Source: Longimicrobiales bacterium
Lineage (GTDB): Bacteria; Gemmatimonadota; Gemmatimonadetes; Longimicrobiales; Gaopeijiaceae
DNA length: 64,000 bases
Assembly (NCBI GenBank): GCA_965202805.1
Contig: OZ241869.1
Location: 1,184,001-1,248,000 of the forward strand
Reading direction: 5' to 3'
Part shown: piece after piece, positions 9,389 through 20,427 of the stretch
Layout of the letters: each line of letters starts with the position of its first letter
Position numbering within the stretch: position 1 is the stretch's first letter
Notes under the pieces: model-generated
The model's input: only the letters and a program-made list of their open reading frames with translations
Told to the model about the DNA's origin: nothing
The model's database searches: none
Position numbers and translations under genes: made by a program

Positions 9389-10834
9389 CTACGTGGATGC
9401 GCCCGGGTGCGGTTTCGGGCTGCTTCCGTCACTCTGCGACGCGGTCCGGGCGCGCAGGGCCCGGAAGCGCTCGAGTCTCGCCGCGATATCGTGCTCCTCT
9501 CCCGCCGCGCCAGGGACGTAGAAGCGCCTCCCTTCGAGTTCGGCGGGCAGGTAGCTCTGGGCGGCGACGCCGTCCGGCGCATCCGGATCGTACTGATACC
9601 CGGCACCATACCCCAACTCCTTCATCATGTCGGTGGGCGCGTTGCGGAGATGCAGGGGCACCGGCGCGCCGGGCGTTTGCCGCGCCGCCTGCCCGGCGTC
9701 GAGCCACGCCCGGTAGACCCGATTCGACTTGGGCGCCGACGCCAGGTACGCCACCACTTCGGCGAGGGCCAGCTCCCCTTCGGGAGAGCCCAGAAAATGA
9801 AAGGCGTCACGTCCGGCGAGCGCTACGGGCAACGCTCCAGGGTCGGCGAGCCCGATGTCCTCGGAGGCCATGCGCACCAGTCGCCGCGCGATGTAGAGCG
9901 GGTCCTGCCCTCCCTGGAGCATGCGCGCGAGCCAGTAGAGGGCGGCGTCGGGGTCGCTGCCGCGCACCGCCTTGTGCAGCGCGGAGATGGTGTTGTAGTG
10001 CTCCTCGCCAGCCTTGTCGAAGTGCGGGAAGCGGTGCTGGGCCGCCTGGCGCGCGTGCTCCAGGGTGATGACGCGTTCCGGACCGGCCAGTTCGCTGGCC
10101 CGCTCCAGCACCCCGAGCGCGCGTCGCGCGTCGCCGTCGGCGCGTCCGGCGATCCAGTCCAGCACATCCGCGCCGGCGCCCTCCCGCGATCGTCCCAGAC
10201 CCCGCTCGCCATCCTCCAGCGCGCGTCCGAGGATGCCCGCAAGCTCCTCCACCGAAAGCGGTTCCAGGACGAACACCGGCGCCCGCGACAGCAGCGGCCG
10301 GATGACCTCGAAACTCGGGTTCTCGGTGGTGGCACCGACCAGAACCACGATCCCCTCCTCGACATAGGGGAGGAACGCGTCCTGCTGCGCCTTGTTGAAG
10401 CGGTGAATCTCGTCGCAGAAGAGGATCGTTCCGCGGCCGTTTGCGGCGATGCGCTCGCGCGCCTCGGCGATGATCGCGCGGACGCGCGCCACCCCCTCCG
10501 TCACCGCGGAGAACGCGACGAAGGCCGCATCGCCGCGGTGGGCAAGGAGCCGCGCCAGCGTGGTCTTGCCGCTCCCCGGAGGCCCCCAGAGGATCAGGCT
10601 CGAGAGAGCGCCCCCCTCGAGCATCCGCCTGAGCGGACTGCCGTCTTCCAGCAGCCGGGCCTGTCCCGCGAACTCGGCGAGCGTGCGCGGGCGCATGCGG
10701 GCCGCGAGGGGAGCCGCCGTGCCGTGAGGGGATGCCCGCTCGACATGTACGCCGTCCGCCGCCCGCCGCGCCCGGTCCGATCTGCCGGAGTCGCCCCCGG
10801 TTCCGACACCCCCGAAGAGCGTGGGCTCGTTCAC
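9389..10834 (-). CDS. rarA: Replication-associated recombination protein A (MgsA/RarA)
   Basis: PLAARMRP, WGPPGSGKTT, DEIHRFNKAQQD, GATTENPSF, SEDIGLADP. Confidence 0.96.
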   Translation of the reverse strand: MNEPTLFGGVGTGGDSGRSDRARRAADGVHVERASPHGTAAPLAARMRPRTLAEFAGQARLLEDGSPLRRMLEGGALSSLILWGPPGSGKTTLARLLAHRGDAAFVAFSAVTEGVARVRAIIAEARERIAANGRGTILFCDEIHRFNKAQQDAFLPYVEEGIVVLVGATTENPSFEVIRPLLSRAPVFVLEPLSVEELAGILGRALEDGERGLGRSREGAGADVLDWIAGRADGDARRALGVLERASELAGPERVITLEHARQAAQHRFPHFDKAGEEHYNTISALHKAVRGSDPDAALYWLARMLQGGQDPLYIARRLVRMASEDIGLADPGALPVALAGRDAFHFLGSPEGELALAEVVAYLASAPKSNRVYRAWLDAGQAARQTPGAPVPLHLRNAPTDMMKELGYGAGYQYDPDAPDGVAAQSYLPAELEGRRFYVPGAAGEEHDIAARLERFRALRARTASQSDGSSPKPHPGAST

Positions 10835-12198
10835 GCGGGCCTCCGCGGACTACCCGATGCCTGCGGCCGGGCATCGATGTAGAGCCGGGCCCGCCGAGCC
10901 AGAATCGAACGACGATTCAGCGCGGGATCCTCCAGAACCAGATCGAGGAGATGAGCGAGCACGGCGCCGAAACCGGGACCGGGCCGCATGCCCATCTCGA
11001 CGAGATCGTGCCCGCTCAGAGCCAGATCCGCCACCGTGAGCGGCGGATCCATCGCCAACTCCGCCCGCACCGCCTTCCAGCGGGACAGCACGGCGCGCTC
11101 CGGGCTCGGTGTCCCCCGAGCGGCCTCGAGGCGCGCACGGGCGATCCGGATGCGGAACAGGTCGCGGCGGTCGACGCGGCGGGTTTGGCGAAGCCAGCGT
11201 CGCAATGCCGGCCCGGAGTCGGGCTCGGGGCCGGACGCGACCGCCCGCACCAGCGCACTCACGCCCTCGGTCCTGGCGCGGGAATAGCGCAGCCGCTCCA
11301 TCAGCGCCGCCGCGCGCATCCCGCCGCGCTCCTCCGCGGGCAGCCCCTCGCCCACGCCCCGTGAGGGCAGGCCGATCCCGCCCAGGAGACCTGCCAGACG
11401 TGCCCATTCATGTCTCCTGGAGATGATGTCCACCATCTGCAGGGCGACGCTCCAGGTGTCGAGCCGGCCTTCCGCGCGCCGGCTCAGGCATCGCGCCAGC
11501 TCCGGGTAGAGGATCGGCAGAACGCCGGCCGCGGCGTAGAGGGAAAGCGCGCGCGACGGACGCGCGGAGTCGAGAATCTTCGTCAGCTCCTCCCGCACCC
11601 GCTCCGGAGAGAGGTCCGCCAGATGCTGCCTGTGCCCGCACAGTGCGGCCCAGGTGTCCGGCTCGATGGCGAGGGCAAAGCGTCCGGCGAAGCGCAGCGC
11701 GCGCAGGATGCGCAGGAAATCCTCGGTGAAGCGCGTCCGGGCGTCTCCGACCGTACGCAGAGTGCCGGCGGCGAGGTCGTTTGCGCCCTCGAAGGGATCG
11801 CGCATCTCGCGGCGCAGGGGATGCCAGGCGATGGCGTTGATCGTGAAATCCCGCCGCGCCAGATCCTCGTCGATGTCGTCGGCAAACTCCACCGTGGCTC
11901 TGCGCCCGAAAGTCTCCACGTCGCGCCGGAAGGTGGTGACCTCGTACATCCGCTCCCGGGTGAGAACCCCCATGGTTCCGTGTTCGACCCCGATCGGAAC
12001 CACCCTGCCGAACACCGCCCGCATCTGTTCCGGTCGGGCGCGCGTGGCCAGGTCCCAGTCGTCGTCGCCGGGCCGGCCCGCCAGCGCGTCCCGCACGATG
12101 CCCCCGACCGCCCACGTCTCGAACCCGGCCCGCTCGAGTTTCCGAATCACCCAGCGGACCGATTCGGGGGCGGCCGGCGGCTCCCTCGTGCCCTTCAC
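10831..12198 (-). CDS. cca: CCA tRNA nucleotidyltransferase (class II)
   Basis: VGG.VRD, DWD, RRDFTINA, EDFLRILRALRFA; GTG 12198 overlaps upstream stop. Confidence 0.88.
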   Translation of the reverse strand: MKGTREPPAAPESVRWVIRKLERAGFETWAVGGIVRDALAGRPGDDDWDLATRARPEQMRAVFGRVVPIGVEHGTMGVLTRERMYEVTTFRRDVETFGRRATVEFADDIDEDLARRDFTINAIAWHPLRREMRDPFEGANDLAAGTLRTVGDARTRFTEDFLRILRALRFAGRFALAIEPDTWAALCGHRQHLADLSPERVREELTKILDSARPSRALSLYAAAGVLPILYPELARCLSRRAEGRLDTWSVALQMVDIISRRHEWARLAGLLGGIGLPSRGVGEGLPAEERGGMRAAALMERLRYSRARTEGVSALVRAVASGPEPDSGPALRRWLRQTRRVDRRDLFRIRIARARLEAARGTPSPERAVLSRWKAVRAELAMDPPLTVADLALSGHDLVEMGMRPGPGFGAVLAHLLDLVLEDPALNRRSILARRARLYIDARPQASGSPRRPA

Positions 12199-12488
12199 CG
12201 CCAGGCAGCCGCGCAGCGATCCAGAATCAAGTGCAGCCGGGAGGCGACGTCGGGTTCGTCGACGGCGGCTTCGCAGGCGTAGGTTAGAAACGCATCCGCC
12301 GCCAGGAGCCGAAAGGCCGCGCGCCGGTCGAGCCGCTTCGACACCTCGGCGTGGTCGAGCGCGGCGATGCCGAGGTCGGCGAGCCCGCCAACCGAAAACG
12401 GAAGCTCGTCGTCGACCGCGAGCCACTCCTTCAACCCGCTCGGTACGGGCGGACGGCGCGCAGCGAGCCAGGTGCCGAGCGCCGTCAC
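12195..12488 (-). CDS. Small hypothetical protein
   Basis: 97 aa, coupled by GTGA overlaps to both alaS and cca; LLAADAFLTYACE helix. Confidence 0.7.
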   Translation of the reverse strand: MTALGTWLAARRPPVPSGLKEWLAVDDELPFSVGGLADLGIAALDHAEVSKRLDRRAAFRLLAADAFLTYACEAAVDEPDVASRLHLILDRCAAAWR

Positions 12489-15178
12489 CGCGTGTCGCCG
12501 CGGCCGCCCACGGAGAGTTCGCGTACAACGCCTTCGCCCGCCGCGAGCGCCTCGTCCAGCCGGCTGGGGTCGGCGACGCCCGCCTGGGCCATGTGCGGGC
12601 GCCCGCCGCCGCGGCCCCCGACCACCGCCGCCACCCCCCGCACCACGTCGTCGGCCTTGATCCCCCGGCGGATGAGGGCGGCGCCGACGAAGCTGAACAG
12701 GGTCTGCTTGCCGCCGGGGAGTTCGGCGGCGACCACCGCCACCCCACCCGGTTCAGCGGCCAGGAAGTCGTCACCGTAGCTGCGCACCTCGTCCGCCCGG
12801 CGCGCCCGCAGCCGCACCGCCCGGTAGGCCGCCCGGAATGGGTCGCCGTCGCCGAGGTTGAGCTCACTGGCCACCACTATGGTCTCGCGCCCGCTCGCCG
12901 CCTTGCTCATCTCGTCCAGCAGCCGCTCGAGCTCCTTCTTCTCCTCGAGAAGCTGCTGCGTGCGCCGAACCACGTTATGCACCGGCGTCCGGAGGAGGCC
13001 GGAGACCTGCTCGAGCTCGGCCTCGATGTCCTGATAATGCTGGAGCGCGCCGGGCCCCGTAACCGCCTCGATGCGGCGCACGCCCGCCGCAACCCCGGCT
13101 TCGCTCACCACCTTGAAGAGCCCGACCTCCCCGGTATGGCGCAGGTGGGTGCCGCCGCACAGTTCGATGCTCACCCCGGGAATCGTGATCGTGCGCACGC
13201 GGTCGCCGTACTTCTCACCGAAGAGCGCCATCGCGCCCGCGGCGATCGCCTCGTCGTACGTGGACTCTCCCGCCTCGACGGGATGGTCGCGCCACACCGC
13301 CTCGTTGACGAAGGCCTCGACCTGCTCGATCTCCTCCGGCGCCATAGGCCCGGAGTGGGCGAAATCGAAGCGCAGGCGGTCGGGCGCCACCAGCGACCCC
13401 TGCTGGGTCGCGTGGTCCCCCAGCACCGACCGGAGCGCCGCGTGCAGAAGGTGGGTCGCGGTGTGGTTTCGCTCGGTGTCGTGCCGGACGTCCTCCGGGA
13501 CCTTAGCATGCACGGACAGCGGCCCACCGTCGAGCGGCGGAGGATCCCCCTGCAGCCGGCCGGCCAGCGCGGTCCGGCCCTCCACCCGCTCGACCCGCTC
13601 GACGGTGAGCTGCCACCCGTCACCCGTCACCGTTCCCCGATCGGATATCTGACCGCCGGCCTCGACGTAGAACGGGTTCTCGCGCAACTGCACGCCCCAT
13701 TCAGCGTCGCCTTCGCGCGCGGCGATGACCTCGGTGGCCACCCCGCGCCGGTCGTAACCGACGAACGCCTGTCGGGCGTCCTCGTCCAATACGCGCCATG
13801 GGCTCAGATCGGCGCTGACTGCTGGAATACCCGACCTGGCTCCTCCACGAAGGGCCGCCGCCGGCCGACTCCGCTCCCTCTGCCTCTCCAGCGCCGCCTC
13901 GAACCCCTCCACATCCACCGAATAGCCCCGCTCCCGCGCCATCACCTCGGTTAGGTCGAGCGGAAAGCCGAAGGTGTCGTACAGGCGGAAGGCGTCCTCC
14001 CCGCCGATCACGCCGCCCCGCACCCCGCCTCCTTCCGCCAGGATCGCCTCGAAGCGCTCCATGCCACCCTCGATGGTGGTCAGGAAGCGCTCTTCTTCCG
14101 CCCGCGTGATCGACCGGATGTGCTCCGCCCGCTCGACCAGCTCCGGGTAGGTCTCGCCCATGGCCGCGATGACCGCGTCGACCACCTCCACAACGGTGGG
14201 CTCGCGGCGGCCCAGCAGCCAGGCGTGCCGTACGCCCCTCCGCAGGATCCGGCGCAGCACGTAGCCCCGCCCCTCGTTGGACGGATAGACCCCGTCGGCG
14301 AGCAGGAAGGACACGGCGCGGCTGTGGTCGGCGAGCACCCGGTAGCTCACCCCTTCCGGCGCCTCCGGGTCGTACGCCCTTCCTACAGCCTCGGCCGCGC
14401 GTTCCAGCAGCGGCCGGAAGAGGTCGATGTGGTAGTTGGAGTCCACGCCCTGCAGCACCGTGGCCAGGCGCTCCAGCCCCGCCCCGGTGTCGATGGAGGG
14501 CGCCGGCAGCGGGTGCTGCACCCCGGCCTCGTCCCGGTTGAACTGCATGAACACGAGGTTCCACAACTCGAGGAACTCGCCGCGCTCGCCCTTCTCCTCG
14601 AACTCGTCGACCGGGAGGTCCACGCCCCGCTCCCGCTCCGGCCGGAGGTCGTAGTGCACCTCCGAACACGGCCCGCAGGGTCCCGTGTCGGCCATCTGCC
14701 AGAAGTTGTCCTTGTCGCCCAGCCGGTAGATGCGCGACCGCTCGAGGCCCGCCACCTCGTGCCACAACTCGGCGGCTTCGTCATCAGTATGGTGGACCGT
14801 CGCGTACAGCCGGTCGGGTTCCATGCCCAGTTCGACGGTCAGGAAGTCCCAGGCGTAGCGTATGGCCTCGCGCTTGAAATAGTCCCCGAACGAGAAGTTG
14901 CCGAGCATCTCGAAGAAGGTGTGGTGGCGCGCGGTCCGCCCCACCTCTTCCAGATCGTTGTGCTTTCCTCCCGCGCGCAGGCACTTCTGGGAGGTGACCG
15001 CGGTCCGGTGCGGCGCGGCCTCCTCCCCCAGGAACACGCCCTTGAACTGGACCATGCCCGCGTTGGTGAACAGCAGGCTGGGATCGTTCCCGGGAACCAG
15101 CGACGAACTGGATACTACGCCGTGTCCGCGCTCTGCGAAGAACCCCAGAAAGCGCCGGCGGATTTCAGCAGTTTCCAT
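12485..15178 (-). CDS. alaS: Alanine--tRNA ligase
   Basis: LLFTNAGM.QFK, HHTFFEMLGNFSFGDYFK, NHTATHLL, ELCGGTH, GGRGGG. Confidence 0.98.
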   Translation of the reverse strand: METAEIRRRFLGFFAERGHGVVSSSSLVPGNDPSLLFTNAGMVQFKGVFLGEEAAPHRTAVTSQKCLRAGGKHNDLEEVGRTARHHTFFEMLGNFSFGDYFKREAIRYAWDFLTVELGMEPDRLYATVHHTDDEAAELWHEVAGLERSRIYRLGDKDNFWQMADTGPCGPCSEVHYDLRPERERGVDLPVDEFEEKGERGEFLELWNLVFMQFNRDEAGVQHPLPAPSIDTGAGLERLATVLQGVDSNYHIDLFRPLLERAAEAVGRAYDPEAPEGVSYRVLADHSRAVSFLLADGVYPSNEGRGYVLRRILRRGVRHAWLLGRREPTVVEVVDAVIAAMGETYPELVERAEHIRSITRAEEERFLTTIEGGMERFEAILAEGGGVRGGVIGGEDAFRLYDTFGFPLDLTEVMARERGYSVDVEGFEAALERQRERSRPAAALRGGARSGIPAVSADLSPWRVLDEDARQAFVGYDRRGVATEVIAAREGDAEWGVQLRENPFYVEAGGQISDRGTVTGDGWQLTVERVERVEGRTALAGRLQGDPPPLDGGPLSVHAKVPEDVRHDTERNHTATHLLHAALRSVLGDHATQQGSLVAPDRLRFDFAHSGPMAPEEIEQVEAFVNEAVWRDHPVEAGESTYDEAIAAGAMALFGEKYGDRVRTITIPGVSIELCGGTHLRHTGEVGLFKVVSEAGVAAGVRRIEAVTGPGALQHYQDIEAELEQVSGLLRTPVHNVVRRTQQLLEEKKELERLLDEMSKAASGRETIVVASELNLGDGDPFRAAYRAVRLRARRADEVRSYGDDFLAAEPGGVAVVAAELPGGKQTLFSFVGAALIRRGIKADDVVRGVAAVVGGRGGGRPHMAQAGVADPSRLDEALAAGEGVVRELSVGGRGDTR

Positions 15179-15234
15179 CTGAAAAGGGCCAGGTGCGGGA
15201 AGGTGCCGCCGCCGGATACGGGACACCAGCCCCT

Positions 15235-15264
15235 AGAATAACGGCGCCCCGCAGCCGGGCTCAA
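15235..15264 (-). promoter_or_regulatory. Sigma70-type promoter for alaS
   Basis: Minus strand TTGAGC-N18-TATTCT in the recA-alaS gap. Confidence 0.55.
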
Positions 15265-15293
15265 TACGCGCCCCGGCTCGCTGCCGTCGGGTG

Positions 15294-16442
<1,149 letters not shown>

Positions 16443-16487
16443 CGCTGTATGTCTCCGTCGGTTTCAGTGAACGAGGAGGTGCAATCC

Positions 16488-16515
16488 AACATACGAGACC
16501 CGAACAGAAAGCGAA
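16488..16515 (-). promoter_or_regulatory. recA promoter with candidate LexA/SOS operator
   Basis: -10-like TATGTT (16493-16488); direct repeat CGAA-N7-CGAA (16501-16515) over the -35/spacer region. Confidence 0.45.
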
Positions 16516-16683
16516 AGGGGCTCGCGCGGCAGAAAGATAACGGGTCCCCGATGACACCTGGAATGTCTGTTCGGGACGATCGTGGACACCCCGTTGCGGA
16601 GCGACGGCTACTCCTGTTCTCTTTTTGGCGATGGCCTCGGCCAGCCCGGCTCGATATCGAAAACACCCGCTGGAGCTCTTCAT

Positions 16684-17496
16684 ATGACGACACCCAGGAC
16701 CCTGCTCCTATCGCTGCTCGCGGCCGCGCTCGCGGCACCGCCGGCAACCGCACAGAACATCCCCGACCACGCGGACTTCACCCGGCTCCTCGAGGCCATC
16801 GTCCGCACGCCGCGGGTGGACTACGCGGCTCTCCAGAACCGCAACGCGGACCTGGCCGCCTACCTCGACCAGCTCGCCGGCACCGATCCGGCGGCGCTCG
16901 AGTCGGCTTCCGGCGAAGTCCAGCTCGCGTTCTGGATCAACGCCTACAACGCCTGCATGCTGGACCGGGTGGCGACGAACTATCCGATCCGGAAGAACGC
17001 CGGTCTCGTGGGCTCGATCCGCAACGCGTTCGCCGACCGCCCCGACAACTCCGTCTGGCAGATCCGGGACGTCTTCACCGGCGCCTTCTGCGACGTCGCA
17101 GGAGCCACCCGCTCCCTCGACGAGATCGAGCACGAGATCATACGGCCCACCTGGGGTGAGCCGCGCATCCACTTCGCGGTCAACTGCGCCGCGCTGAGCT
17201 GTCCCCCGCTGGCGGCCGAGGCCTACGTACCCGAACGGCTCGAGGATCAGCTCGATCGAGCCGTGCGGGGACTGGTGGCGAATCCCGAGCACTTCCTCAT
17301 CGATCGCTCGGGGGACGGATCCCTCACGCTGAACCGGGTGCTGGACTGGTACGGCGGTGATTTCGGAGGAACGGAGGGCCTGCTCGACTTCCTTGCCCGA
17401 TACCTGTCCGAGGAGGATGCCGAATTCCTCCGGCGCCCGGGCGTCGAGGTGCGCTTCTTCGAATACGACTGGACGCTGAACGACCTCGATCCGTGA
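16684..17496 (+). CDS. DUF547 domain exported protein
   Basis: Signal peptide; AFWINAYN, SLDEIEH, EPRIHFAVNCAALSCP, YDWTLN. Confidence 0.9.
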   Translation: MTTPRTLLLSLLAAALAAPPATAQNIPDHADFTRLLEAIVRTPRVDYAALQNRNADLAAYLDQLAGTDPAALESASGEVQLAFWINAYNACMLDRVATNYPIRKNAGLVGSIRNAFADRPDNSVWQIRDVFTGAFCDVAGATRSLDEIEHEIIRPTWGEPRIHFAVNCAALSCPPLAAEAYVPERLEDQLDRAVRGLVANPEHFLIDRSGDGSLTLNRVLDWYGGDFGGTEGLLDFLARYLSEEDAEFLRRPGVEVRFFEYDWTLNDLDP

Positions 17497-18212
17497 CTGG
17501 CGCCGCCCTGGGGGTGGTGATCCCGACGATCGACGAAGCGGGTCATCTGCCCGGACTGCTGGCGGATCTTGCCGACGTTCAGCTCCCGCTCCGCGTCGTC
17601 GTCTCCGATGGCGGTTCGGCCGATGACACCCTCGACCTGGCCCGCGCCGGAGGGGCCGTCTGCGTCTCCGGGCCCCGCGGGCGTGCCGCCCAGATGAATG
17701 CCGGGGCGCGCGCGCTCGACACCCCCTGGCTCCTCTTCCTGCACGCCGATTCCCGTCTCCCGCCCGTGTCCCGCTCGGCGCTCGTCTCCGCACTGCAGTC
17801 CCGCAACGGTCCGACGGCGGCCTATTTCCCGTTCCGTCTGCGCGGACGCGGCTGGTTCTGGCGCCTGGTGGAGACCGGGCAGCACGTGCGCGAGCACCTG
17901 ACCGGCCTCGTGTACGGCGACCAGGGTCTGCTGGTGCGGCGCGAGGTGTTCGAAGCGGTCGGCGGCTACCCCGAGCTGCCTCTCATGGAAGATGTGGAGA
18001 TGGTGCGCCGGCTGCGCCGCTCGGGCAGGATCGAACGCCTGCCCGGTCCTCTGGTGACCAGCCCCAGAACCTATCGGCGGCTCGGAAGATGGAAGGTCTG
18101 GCTGCGCAACGGGGCCGCCATCGCCCTGTATCTGGCCGGGGTCGCTCCCGAGCGCCTGGTGCGCTGGTATCCTGAACGCTTCCCGGTATCGGAGAACGGA
18201 CGGAACAGGTGA
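17493..18212 (+). CDS. GT2 glycosyltransferase, TIGR04283-like
   Basis: DGGSAD, GRAAQMNAGA, LFLHADS, YGDQGL, PLMEDVE. Confidence 0.88.
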   Translation: MTGAALGVVIPTIDEAGHLPGLLADLADVQLPLRVVVSDGGSADDTLDLARAGGAVCVSGPRGRAAQMNAGARALDTPWLLFLHADSRLPPVSRSALVSALQSRNGPTAAYFPFRLRGRGWFWRLVETGQHVREHLTGLVYGDQGLLVRREVFEAVGGYPELPLMEDVEMVRRLRRSGRIERLPGPLVTSPRTYRRLGRWKVWLRNGAAIALYLAGVAPERLVRWYPERFPVSENGRNR

Positions 18213-18823
18213 CGCGCGGCGTGGAGCGCACCCTGATCGCATTCGCGAAAGTGCCTCGGCCGGGGCGCGTCAAGACGCGGCTCGCCGCGGCCATCGGCGA
18301 CGCCGAAGCCGCGTCCCTGTACCGCGTCATGGGACGCCGGGTACTGGACGGCGTTCGTGGCGGGGATTATCGCATCGTCGTCTACATCGATCCCGCGAAT
18401 GAACTGGCGGCGGCGCGCGAGTGGCTGGGCGCGGCGGGCGTCGATTTCAGACCCCAGAAAGGCGATGACCTGGGCGAGCGCCTGGCCGACGCCTTCCGGC
18501 GGGAGTTCCGGCGCGCACGGCAGGTGTGCGCCATCGGCACCGACGCCCCCGCGGTGGACCGTCCGGTCATCGACCGGGCCTTCGCCGAACTCTCGACGAA
18601 GGATCTCGTGCTGGGGCCCGCGCTGGACGGCGGATACTACCTGATCGGCACGACCGGCTACCGGCCCGAACTCTTCCGCGAGGTGCCCTGGAGCACGGAG
18701 GAAGTCATGAGCGCGACGCTGGCCCGGGCGCGTGCCCTGAAGCTGCGCACGGCCGCCCTCGAGCCGTTGCCGGACATCGACACCGTCGAAGACCTGGAAC
18801 GGGCGGGCGTTTCCCCGATGTGA
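18209..18823 (+). CDS. GT-A-fold protein, TIGR04282/DUF2064-like
   Basis: FAKVPRPGRVKTRL, DLGERL, IGTDAP, GPALDGGYYLIG, DIDTVEDL. Confidence 0.88.
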   Translation: MTRGVERTLIAFAKVPRPGRVKTRLAAAIGDAEAASLYRVMGRRVLDGVRGGDYRIVVYIDPANELAAAREWLGAAGVDFRPQKGDDLGERLADAFRREFRRARQVCAIGTDAPAVDRPVIDRAFAELSTKDLVLGPALDGGYYLIGTTGYRPELFREVPWSTEEVMSATLARARALKLRTAALEPLPDIDTVEDLERAGVSPM

Positions 18824-18864
18824 CGAAGCCCGTCCCGGCGATGGTGGCCGGAACGGGCTTCGTC
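18822..18864. terminator. Probable bidirectional terminator hairpin between convergent genes
   Basis: 18-bp inverted repeat GACGAAGCCCGTCCCGGC / GCCGGAACGGGCTTCGTC (1 mismatch), 7-nt loop. Confidence 0.75.
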
Positions 18865-18890
18865 GAACTTGCGCGAAACGCGCGAAGACG

Positions 18891-20294
18891 TCAGCCGCGC
18901 ACCCGCGCCGGCAGTTCGTACGGCTGCCAGCGTCCCGGGGTCACGGGCACGTAGATCATCGGAATCGGATCCTCGCTCGCCGCGGCGGACTCCGCGAAGA
19001 GCGGGACGCCCAGCCACTCGCCGACCCGGGTGATGGTGCTGCAGTTCGGGTTGATCTGTTCGCCCACCTTCTCGTACGGGTAGCCCCCGTGCTCGATCTC
19101 GCTGTCGTTGTTGAACCACTCGGCATCGGCCGCGTATACGCCCCCCAGCGCATCGACGGCAATCACTTCCGCGCCTTCGGGCGTGGCCATCACGGTGCCG
19201 TTCTCACCCGTCGCCAGGCACAGAGTCCGCTCCATGCTGAGCTCGATCGGGATCTCGGTGGTGCGCTCGATGACGACCGTATCCGGCGGCGGAGCCGGAA
19301 GCTGAACGGGCTCCGGACGCGGCATCAGCTCGGGCCTGCACAGCAGACCGCTGCCGCCGGGGCAGAGCGCCAGCGAAGCCATCACCCCGAAGCGGGAGCT
19401 GCGGTATATGGTGGAGTTCTCGACGTGCTGGATCCCGAGCACATAGGCGCCGGCCCGAATCCCGCCGACATCCAGCTGCAGCCCGGTGTTGACGTCCCAT
19501 CCGTCGTATTCGCCCATGAGGTTCAGGAGCACCCCCTGGGAGAGCTGGACGTGCAGCGCGGTGGCCGCGAGCCAACCTTGCGAATAGCGCCTCCCGTACC
19601 AGCCGAGATCGCTTCCGCTCCCGCCGAACATCCCCGTTCCGTACCCCAGCCCGAAGGTCAGGTCGTGCTCCGGAAGGGCGTCGCTGTCCAGGCCGGCGAG
19701 CTGGAAGGTCGCCATCGCGTAGGGAGAGAACGAGGTCGACATGTCGTCGACCAGACCTCCCTCGTATGCGTCGTAGAACCGGATGTCGGGGAATCCGAGG
19801 CGGGGGGGAATGTGATCGCGGCCATCTCCGAAGGAAGGTCCGCTGACGAAGCGCGTGCCCACCGCCAGCCCGAACCCCGACGACTCGGGTTTCACCAGCG
19901 CGATCCGGCCGAACGCGCCGATCATGTTCCCACCGTTCTCGGCATCGGCGAAATTCTGGAAGGAGGCGCCGACTTCGACGCGGTCGAAGAGGCCGACCGC
20001 AACCGACGCGTCCTGCAGCCATTGGCTCCACTCGCCCGACAGACGACCCTTTTCGATCCCTCTCCGGGATATGAACACGCGCTCGTCGACGCTGATCCCG
20101 AACCCCGAATAGGTGCCCGTGATCGCGAGATGCGGGAGCGTGGAGGCGGCCGGAACGTTGAAGAATCCGGAACCGTACCGCAGCGTGCTGCCCATCTTCG
20201 TGCTCTGAGCGTCGAGCGGCTGAACCTGAGCAGCCCCGGTCAGCGCCACGAGGAACAGGGCCATCCACCGCCCCCGGTTGTCACGTCCTCTCAT
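18891..20294 (-). CDS. Putative outer-membrane beta-barrel protein with Pro-rich linker and uncharacterised C-terminal domain
   Basis: SD AAGGAG, signal peptide, amphipathic beta-strand pattern, PEPVQLPAPPP linker. Confidence 0.65.
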   Translation of the reverse strand: MRGRDNRGRWMALFLVALTGAAQVQPLDAQSTKMGSTLRYGSGFFNVPAASTLPHLAITGTYSGFGISVDERVFISRRGIEKGRLSGEWSQWLQDASVAVGLFDRVEVGASFQNFADAENGGNMIGAFGRIALVKPESSGFGLAVGTRFVSGPSFGDGRDHIPPRLGFPDIRFYDAYEGGLVDDMSTSFSPYAMATFQLAGLDSDALPEHDLTFGLGYGTGMFGGSGSDLGWYGRRYSQGWLAATALHVQLSQGVLLNLMGEYDGWDVNTGLQLDVGGIRAGAYVLGIQHVENSTIYRSSRFGVMASLALCPGGSGLLCRPELMPRPEPVQLPAPPPDTVVIERTTEIPIELSMERTLCLATGENGTVMATPEGAEVIAVDALGGVYAADAEWFNNDSEIEHGGYPYEKVGEQINPNCSTITRVGEWLGVPLFAESAAASEDPIPMIYVPVTPGRWQPYELPARVRG

Positions 20295-20427
20295 CCTGTC
20301 ACTCCTTGGATTTGTCCATGCGTCCCGGACCCGTGCCAGACCCCATCCGATCACGTACCGGGCGCAAGCATCGAAGTACTGAAAAGTAGCCTCCGCCAGT
20401 TCCGAAGGCCAGCGAACCCGACGCGGT

